Source: Caldisericia bacterium
GTDB lineage: Bacteria; Caldisericota; Caldisericia; JAAYUI01
Direction of reading: 5' to 3'
NCBI GenBank assembly: GCA_963674785.1
Contig: OY771555.1
Location: 1-64,000 of the forward strand
DNA length: 64,000 bases
Below the pieces are notes generated by a model. The model was not told the DNA's origin. It worked only from the letters and a program-made list of their open reading frames with translations, and made no database searches. Shown here piece after piece: positions 41,142-49,791 of this stretch; the first letter of the stretch is position 1, and each line of letters starts with the position of its first letter. Made by a program: the position numbers and the translations under genes.

Positions 41142-42206
41142 ATGGACAAAACTAAACTCATTAAAGACTTTAATATCTATGAAATTGACACAAGCAATAT
41201 CCCTGAAAAGGACATGGAGAGTCTTTATAAAATAGCTCTGGAGAAATGGGGAGAAGAGCACCCAGAGCTAATGAAGCCAACCTTTTCTGAGGTAAAACGA
41301 GAACACCGAGATAGTATTCCGTCTGATATCATTAATAAATTCATTGTTAGAGACAATGAAAACAATGGGTTCATTGGTTACGCAACACTGGGATATATCA
41401 AAAGAGATGTTGATGCACCTGAAGAAGAAAAGGATAAAGCATGGGTTGGGATAAGGATTAGAAAGGAATACAGGAGAAGAGGGATTGGAACGGATGTTTT
41501 AAAATTGCTCACGCTCAGAGTATCAAATCTAAACATCAAAAAGATAACCTCTGGTGCAAGAACAAAATCGGGAAAATCATTCTCCGAAAAGTTCGGCGGA
41601 GAATTATCTAGCCGAAGTTATTATAGCTTTCTAAACCTCAAAAAATGTAACTGGAAAAGAATTGAGGAAATAAATTTCGAAAATAAAAGCAAAAACAGCG
41701 ACATAAAGCTCAAAACCTTTTTCGGAATCAATGACAAAAACTTTGATAACCATTTCACAAAAATCGCTGAGTATATGGAGGAAGTATCAGAATACTCGAC
41801 AGATTGGGATTTCGATAAAGATTTCTTTCTCAGAGAAGTTATTCCCGAGGAGAAAAAAGCAAAAGAGCGTGGTGTAAAAAAACTCTACGTTTATGCATAC
41901 CAAAATGAGAAAATAATTGGTGTATCGGAGCTCAGAATCGAACCAGAAAATTCTAAGGAAATCTACACCGAAATAACTGGGATTGACAGAGATTTCAGGG
42001 GTCGAGGTTTGTGCAAGCTACTGAAAACAGAATTATTACTCAAAATCAAAAAAGATTTCCCCGATATAGAACTGATAACAACTGGAAATGATGAAGATAA
42101 TTCTGCGATAAGAAAAGTTAATAAGGAATTTGGATTCAAACAACTTGAAATTTCCAAAGGATATATATTTGATGTAGATAATCTGAAGAAAAGACTTGGA
42201 TTATGA
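41142..42206 (+). CDS. Double-GNAT acetyltransferase, array copy 5
   Basis: YRRRGIG and TGIDRDFRGRGL...NDEDNSAIRKVNKEFGF. Confidence 0.88.
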   Translation: MDKTKLIKDFNIYEIDTSNIPEKDMESLYKIALEKWGEEHPELMKPTFSEVKREHRDSIPSDIINKFIVRDNENNGFIGYATLGYIKRDVDAPEEEKDKAWVGIRIRKEYRRRGIGTDVLKLLTLRVSNLNIKKITSGARTKSGKSFSEKFGGELSSRSYYSFLNLKKCNWKRIEEINFENKSKNSDIKLKTFFGINDKNFDNHFTKIAEYMEEVSEYSTDWDFDKDFFLREVIPEEKKAKERGVKKLYVYAYQNEKIIGVSELRIEPENSKEIYTEITGIDRDFRGRGLCKLLKTELLLKIKKDFPDIELITTGNDEDNSAIRKVNKEFGFKQLEISKGYIFDVDNLKKRLGL

Positions 42207-43270
42207 TTGAAAAGGAAAAGATATTAGATAAATACAGAATTTATGAGGTTGATTTCAAAAATATCTCAGACGGAGACATGAACGATATTTATGGTTTAAC
42301 GTTGGAAAGATGGGAAGAATCATACTTCATGTTACCAAAACCAACATTTGAGAATGAAAAACATGAATACACTCACAATCATCCATCAGATATCGCCTCA
42401 AAATATATCATCAGAGACAATACAGGTGAATTGGTCGCAGCAACAACAATTTCGAGAATAAAGCCTGAGATTGATGCTCCTGAGGATGAAAAAAACCGCG
42501 GATGGATATCAATCTCGGTGAGGAAGGAATTCCGAAGAGTCGGTGTGGGAACTGAAACACTCAAATTTTTGACAGGGTATGCACATGAAAAAAACCTCAA
42601 AAAGCTCCAGGTTTTTACGAGTATGGATGAAGGTGTAAAATTCTGTGAAAGGTTCAAAGGTGAGATAACTGGAAGAAGTTACTTCAATTACCTAGACTTC
42701 AGAAACCTGGATACAAAGAAATTCCAAAGAATAATGGATGTCATCCAGAAAGAAAATCCAGGTATTTCAATATCTACATCAGTTAGTTTGAAGGACTCAG
42801 ATAGAGAAAAATACCTAAAACTATTATGTGAGTTTGCAGAGGATATTTCTATCTATTCCCCTGAATGGAACTACGATGAAAAATTCTTTTTGGAGATGAC
42901 CCTCGAAAATGAGCAAGTAGAAAAAGAAAAAGGAATTGCAAGACTGTTCTCACACGCCAGAACAGAAAATGGTGAAATCATAGGGATGTCAGAGCTTCAC
43001 TACAATCCCAAAAAACCAAAAGAGATTTATACTGAGATTACTGGAGTTACAAAAGATTACAGAAAAAGAGGGATTGCGAAGCTTCTAAAAATCAAGCTTT
43101 TCTTGTTTGCAAAAGAAATGTATCCAGATATAGAAATTTTACTCACTGAAAATGACGAGGGGAACTCAAACATGAGGAAGATCAATCATGATTTTGGATT
43201 CAAAAACATGCCAATCCAGACTGAGTATACATTTAAAATCGATACTCTAAAAAAGCTCTTTGATGATTAG
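42203..43270 (+). CDS. Double-GNAT acetyltransferase, array copy 6
   Basis: FRRVGVG and TGVTKDYRKRGIA...NDEGNSNMRKINHDFGF. Confidence 0.88.
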   Translation: MIEKEKILDKYRIYEVDFKNISDGDMNDIYGLTLERWEESYFMLPKPTFENEKHEYTHNHPSDIASKYIIRDNTGELVAATTISRIKPEIDAPEDEKNRGWISISVRKEFRRVGVGTETLKFLTGYAHEKNLKKLQVFTSMDEGVKFCERFKGEITGRSYFNYLDFRNLDTKKFQRIMDVIQKENPGISISTSVSLKDSDREKYLKLLCEFAEDISIYSPEWNYDEKFFLEMTLENEQVEKEKGIARLFSHARTENGEIIGMSELHYNPKKPKEIYTEITGVTKDYRKRGIAKLLKIKLFLFAKEMYPDIEILLTENDEGNSNMRKINHDFGFKNMPIQTEYTFKIDTLKKLFDD

Positions 43271-43494
43271 AGCTTATCTTCAGGTTCTTTATCCAATCGA
43301 ATTATGCCTTTTGGGTTGACACCTTCCTCAGAAGGAAAACTATCAAGCATCAAGGATTTTGTTATTACACGGTCTCTTTTTGGATGAATCGGATTCTTAT
43401 TCAGATCATCCTTGCTCAACTCTCTGTCGGTTCCAAGGACTTCTTTGAGTCGAAGTTTTGCTCTTATTGCAGATTCGTTATCTTGTTTGGGCAT
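43267..43494 (-). CDS. MinE-like small protein (contact helix only)
   Basis: Immediately after minD; SAIRAKLRLKEVLGTDR resembles the MinE helix SA..AKERL..IL..DR. Confidence 0.6.
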   Translation of the reverse strand: MPKQDNESAIRAKLRLKEVLGTDRELSKDDLNKNPIHPKRDRVITKSLMLDSFPSEEGVNPKGIIRLDKEPEDKL

Positions 43495-43503
43495 GATTCT
43501 TTC

Positions 43504-44298
43504 CTATCCCCCCTTAAACGCCGAACCAAGTCTCTTCCAAAATCCATCTTTTTCGGGCATTGAAACCGGGATATCGATTCCTTGAATCCTTTTTGCGATA
43601 GTCGAAACAGCTTTTGAGACAGGAGATTTAGAGTTCAAAAATACTGGTTCACCTCTATTTGTTGAGACTATAACGTTCCTATCCTCAGGAACAGCCCCAA
43701 GCAACCTCACAGCCAATATATCAATGACATCATCAATTGAGAGCATCTCACCTGATGATACCATGTCCGGTTTAATTCGGTTTATAATAAGCGAGATGTT
43801 TGTTTTTCCGGCAGACTCTAAAAGTCCGATGACCCTATCAGCATCTCTTACTGAGGCAATCTCTGGTGTTACAACAACTATCGCCTCATCTGCAGGCTGG
43901 ATTGCATTATTAAAACCATGCTCAATTCCAGCAGGGCAATCTAAAATAACAAAATCAAATGCAGTCTTAAGCGCAGCAACAATCGCTTGCATTTCGTCAA
44001 CCCCAAGATCATCTTTTCTGAAGGTTTGAGCCGCAGGAAGCAGATAAAGACTTGAACTGAGCCTTTTATCTTTGACAAGAGCAGATTTTAACTCACATTC
44101 TCTTCTTGCGACATGAAGAATATTCCAAACAATCCTGTTTTCTAGACCTAAAATCACATCGAGATTTCTAAGACCTATGTCAGTATCAACAAGAACAACT
44201 TTTGAGCCATCCATTGAAAGAGCATAGCCGATATTTGCAGTAAGTGTCGTCTTGCCAACCCCTCCCTTGCCAGACGTAATAACTATCGCTCTACTCAT
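43504..44298 (-). CDS. minD: Septum site-determining ATPase MinD
   Basis: TSGKGGVGKTT, DIGLRNLD.ILGLENR, DCPAGIE.GF, SVRDADR; C-terminal membrane helix GFWKRLGSAF. Confidence 0.97.
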   Translation of the reverse strand: MSRAIVITSGKGGVGKTTLTANIGYALSMDGSKVVLVDTDIGLRNLDVILGLENRIVWNILHVARRECELKSALVKDKRLSSSLYLLPAAQTFRKDDLGVDEMQAIVAALKTAFDFVILDCPAGIEHGFNNAIQPADEAIVVVTPEIASVRDADRVIGLLESAGKTNISLIINRIKPDMVSSGEMLSIDDVIDILAVRLLGAVPEDRNVIVSTNRGEPVFLNSKSPVSKAVSTIAKRIQGIDIPVSMPEKDGFWKRLGSAFKGG

Positions 44299-44341
44299 GG
44301 TTATTTATTTTATGTCCTATACGGATATTGTCAATCTGCCG

Positions 44342-44938
44342 TCAAATATGTGGTCTTGCAACAAACCCAATTTTTCTTTCTGGGTTATGTTTGTTTTCCA
44401 TCATCCCACGAACAACCTTTATTATCGACCTTATTGCTTGTTCATGTAAATCAATCTGATCCTTAAGTTTGAAGAAATCAGCAGAATTAGAATCATAGCT
44501 CGAGATTGCCTTTCTAAATCTCACAAATGCCCTTACGACATATATACTCACTTCAATTGCCCTTTTTGTATTTAAAACACTTGCAGTCATAACCACACCA
44601 TGTTCTGTAAAAACATTGGGCATTGATGATGAATACTTTAATCCATTTAGCTGGTCGCAGTTTGCGACCAGTTCACCTTTCTCTTCTTTTGTAAGTTGAA
44701 ACATAAAATCCCTTGGAAAACGGGAGATGTTTCTTTTTATTTGCTCATTTAGTCTCTTTGTTTTAACTCCATAAAGCTTCGCAAGATCAGAATCAACAAT
44801 CACCTTTTTCCCTCTGATATCTTTAATGAGATAATCAATGTTGAGCAAATCATCTTCCGATAATCCATAAAATAAATCTGGTAACATTTCGCTTGATTTA
44901 GCTGAACAGTCTTCGAGTTGGCCCATTTCTTTTTCCAT
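44342..44938 (-). CDS. ORF6N domain DNA-binding protein
   Basis: IRGKKVIVDSDLAKLYGVKTKRLNEQIKRNISRFPRDFMFQLT, FTEHGV, C-terminal RKIGF. GGAGG before ATG 44938. Confidence 0.9.
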   Translation of the reverse strand: MEKEMGQLEDCSAKSSEMLPDLFYGLSEDDLLNIDYLIKDIRGKKVIVDSDLAKLYGVKTKRLNEQIKRNISRFPRDFMFQLTKEEKGELVANCDQLNGLKYSSSMPNVFTEHGVVMTASVLNTKRAIEVSIYVVRAFVRFRKAISSYDSNSADFFKLKDQIDLHEQAIRSIIKVVRGMMENKHNPERKIGFVARPHI

Positions 44939-45140
44939 GCATCCTCCGAAAATGTCGTTTTGTTTCAATTTGTGCATCAAAACGTAATAAATATAACTCG
45001 TATAACCATCCAAATATCTGAGTCAAAGAAAATAATATGTCGAAAAATATTGGTAAATGTCGAATAAAATGCCTATGTATCTTTCATTTTTCACAAGTTT
45101 GTATATAATGTTGCTACAATGAAGAAAGGGGATAGAAAAA

Positions 45141-47282
45141 ATGTCTTCTAGGAAAATATATTTTATAATAATATTGTGTCTTATCCTGATAATACCTCCT
45201 GGTATTTCAAATTCAATTGCATCAACGGAACCCTACCTTTCAGTTCTGCAACCTAATGGTGGAGAGAGATGGGCAGCGAATGAGAATCAAATAATTGCAT
45301 GGGCATCATCAAACTTGAACCCTGAGGGAAGGGTATTTATCTATGTTGGGAGTGACAATAACTGGAAAAAAATCGGAGGGCCGATTCCTACAAACATTAA
45401 TGCCTGGACATGGAACATCAAAGATGTGGGCTTCACATATGCAAAAATAAAAGTTGTATGTTATGTAAATGGCACAACCCAGATTGAAGACTCATCTGAT
45501 GGATTTGTTACATTTTTGGGTACAACCCCACACCTTGAGCCACCCACATTGCTCTCTCCATTGAACAATTCTCTTAATATCTCAATCAAACCAACATTCA
45601 AATGGAATAAGATAAATGCCGCTTACAGCTACAGAATTCAGATTTCAAGATTTGAATCATTCTCGAATATCTACATGGATAGATGGGTCGTTGGAGAAGA
45701 ATTCTTTACACCAGATCTGTCTCTTCCAGGCGATTCTGTTCTCTATTGGAGAGTAGCATCATATGATTCATCAGGAACTGCCAGTCTCTGGTCGTACCCA
45801 TGGGTGTTTGACACTGGAAAATCAGATAATGCAAGTTTTTTTACCTCAAGCGGAAGACTAACAAATTCTGATGGATACCCGATCTCCGGAGCAATAATTG
45901 ATTTTATCTGTGAAAACAGTGATGTGGTTACCCCACCATATTCTGTTGTTTCCGACTCCCAGGGATATTGGAGCCAGACAGGGTTTAAAGCCGGATACAA
46001 ATTCAAGGTTATCCCTGAAAAACCTGTTTACTCATTCGCCCCCACTGCCCAATATGTTGAGCTTTGGAACTCTACAAATATCAATTTTGTCGGCACATCT
46101 GGATTCACAGGTGGGATAACAATCGCCTACCCAAACGGAACAGAGATTATCGAAGCAAACAAAAATCATCTTATCAGATGGACATCCTCTGGTCTCGACC
46201 CAAACAGTTACCTATACATATATCTCAAAAAAAGTATTGGAGAAACTGAGCTTATCGCTGGTCCAATTTCCCCATCAATGATGTCTTACAACTGGTACGC
46301 CCCGAATTTTGAAATTGAGATGGCAAAGATTCAAATTGTTTGCAAAAAAGATGAAAAGATTCTATCCGCCGATGAAAGTAACTGGTGGTTCAAAATCTCA
46401 AAAACACCAGAAACCCCACAAAGACCAACGCTGATTTCACCAATCAATGGTGAAAGATGGGTTTCAACATATCCAAAACTCAGCTGGATACCAATAACAG
46501 AATACGACCTTTACCAGGTTCAACTTAGTGATGATCAGTATTTTGCAAACATCATCCTTGAAAGATACGTCCCCCAAACCTGGGTAGAAGTCACACCCGC
46601 TCTGATGCGTGGAAGGAAATACTATTGGCGTGTGAAGGCTTTCAATAACACAACAAGCGATACCACAGAATGGAGCTATTACAACACCTTCGAAACAGGC
46701 CACGAGAGAGAAGACAGCAAATGGATGGCATCAGGATATGTCAGAGATGAAAACGGCAACGGAGTATATGGTTGCATGATTTCCTTTGTTGCTGCTGACA
46801 ACTATTCAAAAGTCCCACCTGTTGCCGTCACAAACAAAGAGGGGTTTTGGAGTCAGACAGGATTTGCAGAAGATGTCGAGTATTACGTTTATCCATCAAT
46901 TTCAGGTGCGACCTTCACACCGACATACCGAACAATTGAGCAGAGTATTTCCACAAACACCGACTTCATTGCATATGGTCTTGGTTCTATCTCTCAGATT
47001 TCTGTCAGGTCGCCAACTGCCGGAAGCTACCCAAGGGGTGGAACTCTCTCAATTGCGTGGTCTGTCAGCTCAATCCCAAGTGATGCAGTTTTTTATATCA
47101 GCCTGCTTCATGACGGAAAGGTAACAACCATCGACGGCCCAATTGCAAACGACATCAGATATCACGTTTGGACAATCCCAGACATCATTACAAGCGATGC
47201 CAAGGTGAGAGTACAAGCCTGGAGAAATTCCCAAATAATTGCCGAAGCCAAGAGCGCAACTTTTTCTATAACTGGGCCGTAA
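45141..47282 (+). CDS. Secreted modular protein: (PNGGE Ig-like + FnIII-like + carboxypeptidase-regulatory-like) x2 plus a third Ig-like domain
   Basis: PNGGE/PNGTE, PTLLSP/PTLISP, YWRV x2, G.WSQTGF x2. Confidence 0.8.
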   Translation: MSSRKIYFIIILCLILIIPPGISNSIASTEPYLSVLQPNGGERWAANENQIIAWASSNLNPEGRVFIYVGSDNNWKKIGGPIPTNINAWTWNIKDVGFTYAKIKVVCYVNGTTQIEDSSDGFVTFLGTTPHLEPPTLLSPLNNSLNISIKPTFKWNKINAAYSYRIQISRFESFSNIYMDRWVVGEEFFTPDLSLPGDSVLYWRVASYDSSGTASLWSYPWVFDTGKSDNASFFTSSGRLTNSDGYPISGAIIDFICENSDVVTPPYSVVSDSQGYWSQTGFKAGYKFKVIPEKPVYSFAPTAQYVELWNSTNINFVGTSGFTGGITIAYPNGTEIIEANKNHLIRWTSSGLDPNSYLYIYLKKSIGETELIAGPISPSMMSYNWYAPNFEIEMAKIQIVCKKDEKILSADESNWWFKISKTPETPQRPTLISPINGERWVSTYPKLSWIPITEYDLYQVQLSDDQYFANIILERYVPQTWVEVTPALMRGRKYYWRVKAFNNTTSDTTEWSYYNTFETGHEREDSKWMASGYVRDENGNGVYGCMISFVAADNYSKVPPVAVTNKEGFWSQTGFAEDVEYYVYPSISGATFTPTYRTIEQSISTNTDFIAYGLGSISQISVRSPTAGSYPRGGTLSIAWSVSSIPSDAVFYISLLHDGKVTTIDGPIANDIRYHVWTIPDIITSDAKVRVQAWRNSQIIAEAKSATFSITGP

Positions 47283-47397
47283 AAGTTCTGCTCAACAAGT
47301 CAAGCAACATTTGTGAGTCTGTTTCCCTTGTCTTATGTGTAGTTTGTTGTTTCATCTGCCGGGAAGAGTGATGGATTTAGAAGTTTCATTTTAGGGA

Positions 47398-48450
47398 TTA
47401 ATCTGCAATAATAACTGGTTTTTCTTTGTCATTCTCACTTGTGTCACCTGGATCAGATTTGTCTTCAGGTGGATATTCATCACCAATCCCTTCACCTCGT
47501 CCTTTTCCAGTCATCATATCCTTTGTTTCTTGTCCTTCTCCTCCAACATTTCCATCTGCTTCGTCCCAGTCCATGCAACCATCATTATCATCGTCGTCAT
47601 CCAGGACATCAGAGATTTTGTCTGCATCATCATCGTCATCAACAACATCCATGATTCCATCCGAGTCTGTATCGGGAGTAAATCGGTACCATTTCCCAAG
47701 AATATGGGACATTGTTTTTTGATGTTCAGAATTAACTGAAAATCTTGGGTCAGATTTTATTTCCCCAAGAAGGTCATTTAAAAACACTTCTATTTTTTCA
47801 TGAGAAAGCTGTTTTTTGTTTTCTTCGGTTATGCCATGTTTTGTTTCAATTTTTGTAATAATTTTATCAAGCTCCTCACGACCTGGACCAGCTATATAAC
47901 CATATTCAAATGTTGGGCCACCACCCATTAATGAGCCAATAAACAGAACTCTTTCATTATTATCATTATCTTCATCCCAAATTCCGTCACCATCATCGTC
48001 TGGGTCTATTGTATCACATATTCCATCATAATCCGAATGTATTGCTTTACCGAACTCAGATTCAAGAATCTCAGAAATTTTGACTAAGTTCATACTGTCA
48101 TCATTTAATATTCCATCAATAACTTCGTATCCGCTATCTTTATCAACAATCTTTTGAAACAACTCTGCAAAAAACTTATCTCTATTTTCAGGGTTTGCAT
48201 TATGGGCATCAACTTCACCATTCTTTGAGTCGAAATCCTTTTTTGTTTTTGTGATTATCTCAGCCAAACCTTCGTGATTCGGACCATTTATTGGGCCAGC
48301 GTTAAACGATGAACCTGCACCCATCAAACGTTTCGCAATTCTTAGTGAATGACTATCAAACTTAGTATTATTTTCATTTGTGTTACTACATCCAAATATC
48401 GCAAGAACCAACATCGTACTGAGTACCATAGTAATACTAAACTTTTTCAT
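47398..48450 (-). CDS. Lipoprotein with internal duplication and thrombospondin-3-like Ca-binding motifs
   Basis: Lipobox IFGC; DYDGICDTIDPDDDGDG and DTDSDGIMDVVDDDDD. Confidence 0.75.
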   Translation of the reverse strand: MKKFSITMVLSTMLVLAIFGCSNTNENNTKFDSHSLRIAKRLMGAGSSFNAGPINGPNHEGLAEIITKTKKDFDSKNGEVDAHNANPENRDKFFAELFQKIVDKDSGYEVIDGILNDDSMNLVKISEILESEFGKAIHSDYDGICDTIDPDDDGDGIWDEDNDNNERVLFIGSLMGGGPTFEYGYIAGPGREELDKIITKIETKHGITEENKKQLSHEKIEVFLNDLLGEIKSDPRFSVNSEHQKTMSHILGKWYRFTPDTDSDGIMDVVDDDDDADKISDVLDDDDDNDGCMDWDEADGNVGGEGQETKDMMTGKGRGEGIGDEYPPEDKSDPGDTSENDKEKPVIIAD

Positions 48451-48490
48451 TACTCCTCCAAGGATTAGTCAAAATTTGTCCAAACATGGT

Positions 48491-49708
48491 TTAATTAATA
48501 ACCAGTGTTACTTTCCTCTCATTACCATCCCAGGAAACCTCAGCACCAAGTGCTTCACCAATAAACCTGAAAGGAACAAACGTTCTTCCACTTAAGATTG
48601 TTGGTGGAGGATCAACTTGAGTCATCTGACCATTTACAAACGATGAACTCGAATCAACCCACATCTCAATAACATTTTTTCCATGGGTGATTGTTACTTT
48701 CTTTTCTGTTCCATCCCAGGAAACATCAGCTCCGAAGGCTTCAGATATTGCACGAACGGGAACAACAGTTCGACCAGAAACAATTGTTGGTGGAGCGTCA
48801 AGCCTTTTTGTTTGACCATTAACCCTCATGATGTCACTATCTATCCAAAGCTCAACTGTGCCACTGCCACCTGAAACATCAGCATCATCATGCAGAATCG
48901 TAAGCTCAATTGGTGTAGTCTGACTTCCGCCCTCATGATAAAAAGTCAAATCAGCTTCATGCAGTCCGGTGATGAGATTTTTCGCATCAAACATAATATC
49001 AAACTCTGCACTCTCCCCTGGTTTCAAAAATGCTGAGGCGGGTGTTACAATAAGCCAACCAGATCCAAACTCGTCATATTCAACTTTCCATTTAATAGTC
49101 AGATTTGTATCACCGGTATTTGTCCACGTTATCGTGTATGTGGGTGATGGGTCACTGTGTTTCATTGAATATCTTATTGTGTCGCTAACAGTATCTGACC
49201 CGCCCCCATCATCCGATCCACCTGGAGAAGTAGTTGTTGTTAATCCCAAAAATGTAAAGTACCAGCCAGCAGAATCTGATGAGACGATCGCCACACATCC
49301 ATATACTGGGCAATCACTGAGCATATTCTCGTTATGACCTTGAGACTTTTTCCATTGGTTGAAGGCGGACAGCACAGGGTCAGTGTGTCCGTGATTGAAT
49401 GCAACATTTTCAACATAGCAAGAATAGTCTATACCAGCATCTTTGAGTCTGTCATCTGGTCCTTTTCCATTGAGATCATGGGAAAGTTGCTGAGTATTGT
49501 GCATATTAACTGTATGATTATAAGCAACTACATACGCAGACTCATGCCACTGCATTTTTGCGAGACCCATTTGAACTCTATAATCATTTATCATGTTAAA
49601 AAGTCTCGTTGAATCAGACTTGCTTGCTGCATATGTAAAATCTGGCAAAGCAACAAAAAGGGTAAAAAACATCGTGGCAACAAGGATTAAACTCAAAGCT
49701 CTTCTCAT
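48491..49708 (-). CDS. Secreted CAP (SCP) domain protein with BACON-like and stalk domains
   Basis: INDYR, H...M....LSH, ENVA, WKKSQGHNENML; C-terminal GRTVVPVRAISE and GRTFVPFRFIGE. Confidence 0.88.
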   Translation of the reverse strand: MRRALSLILVATMFFTLFVALPDFTYAASKSDSTRLFNMINDYRVQMGLAKMQWHESAYVVAYNHTVNMHNTQQLSHDLNGKGPDDRLKDAGIDYSCYVENVAFNHGHTDPVLSAFNQWKKSQGHNENMLSDCPVYGCVAIVSSDSAGWYFTFLGLTTTTSPGGSDDGGGSDTVSDTIRYSMKHSDPSPTYTITWTNTGDTNLTIKWKVEYDEFGSGWLIVTPASAFLKPGESAEFDIMFDAKNLITGLHEADLTFYHEGGSQTTPIELTILHDDADVSGGSGTVELWIDSDIMRVNGQTKRLDAPPTIVSGRTVVPVRAISEAFGADVSWDGTEKKVTITHGKNVIEMWVDSSSSFVNGQMTQVDPPPTILSGRTFVPFRFIGEALGAEVSWDGNERKVTLVIN

Positions 49709-49791
49709 TAGGATTCCTCCTTCTACACTACTAAAACGATTATACCATCTTTTTGGTTCAGTGTGAAATTATTCACATTAGAATACTCATC

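Noticed and set aside
36867-43270. Integron cassette array, DGR target or assembly artefact
   Set aside because: No integrase, reverse transcriptase or intergenic repeats, and copies are too diverged to be a mis-assembly.
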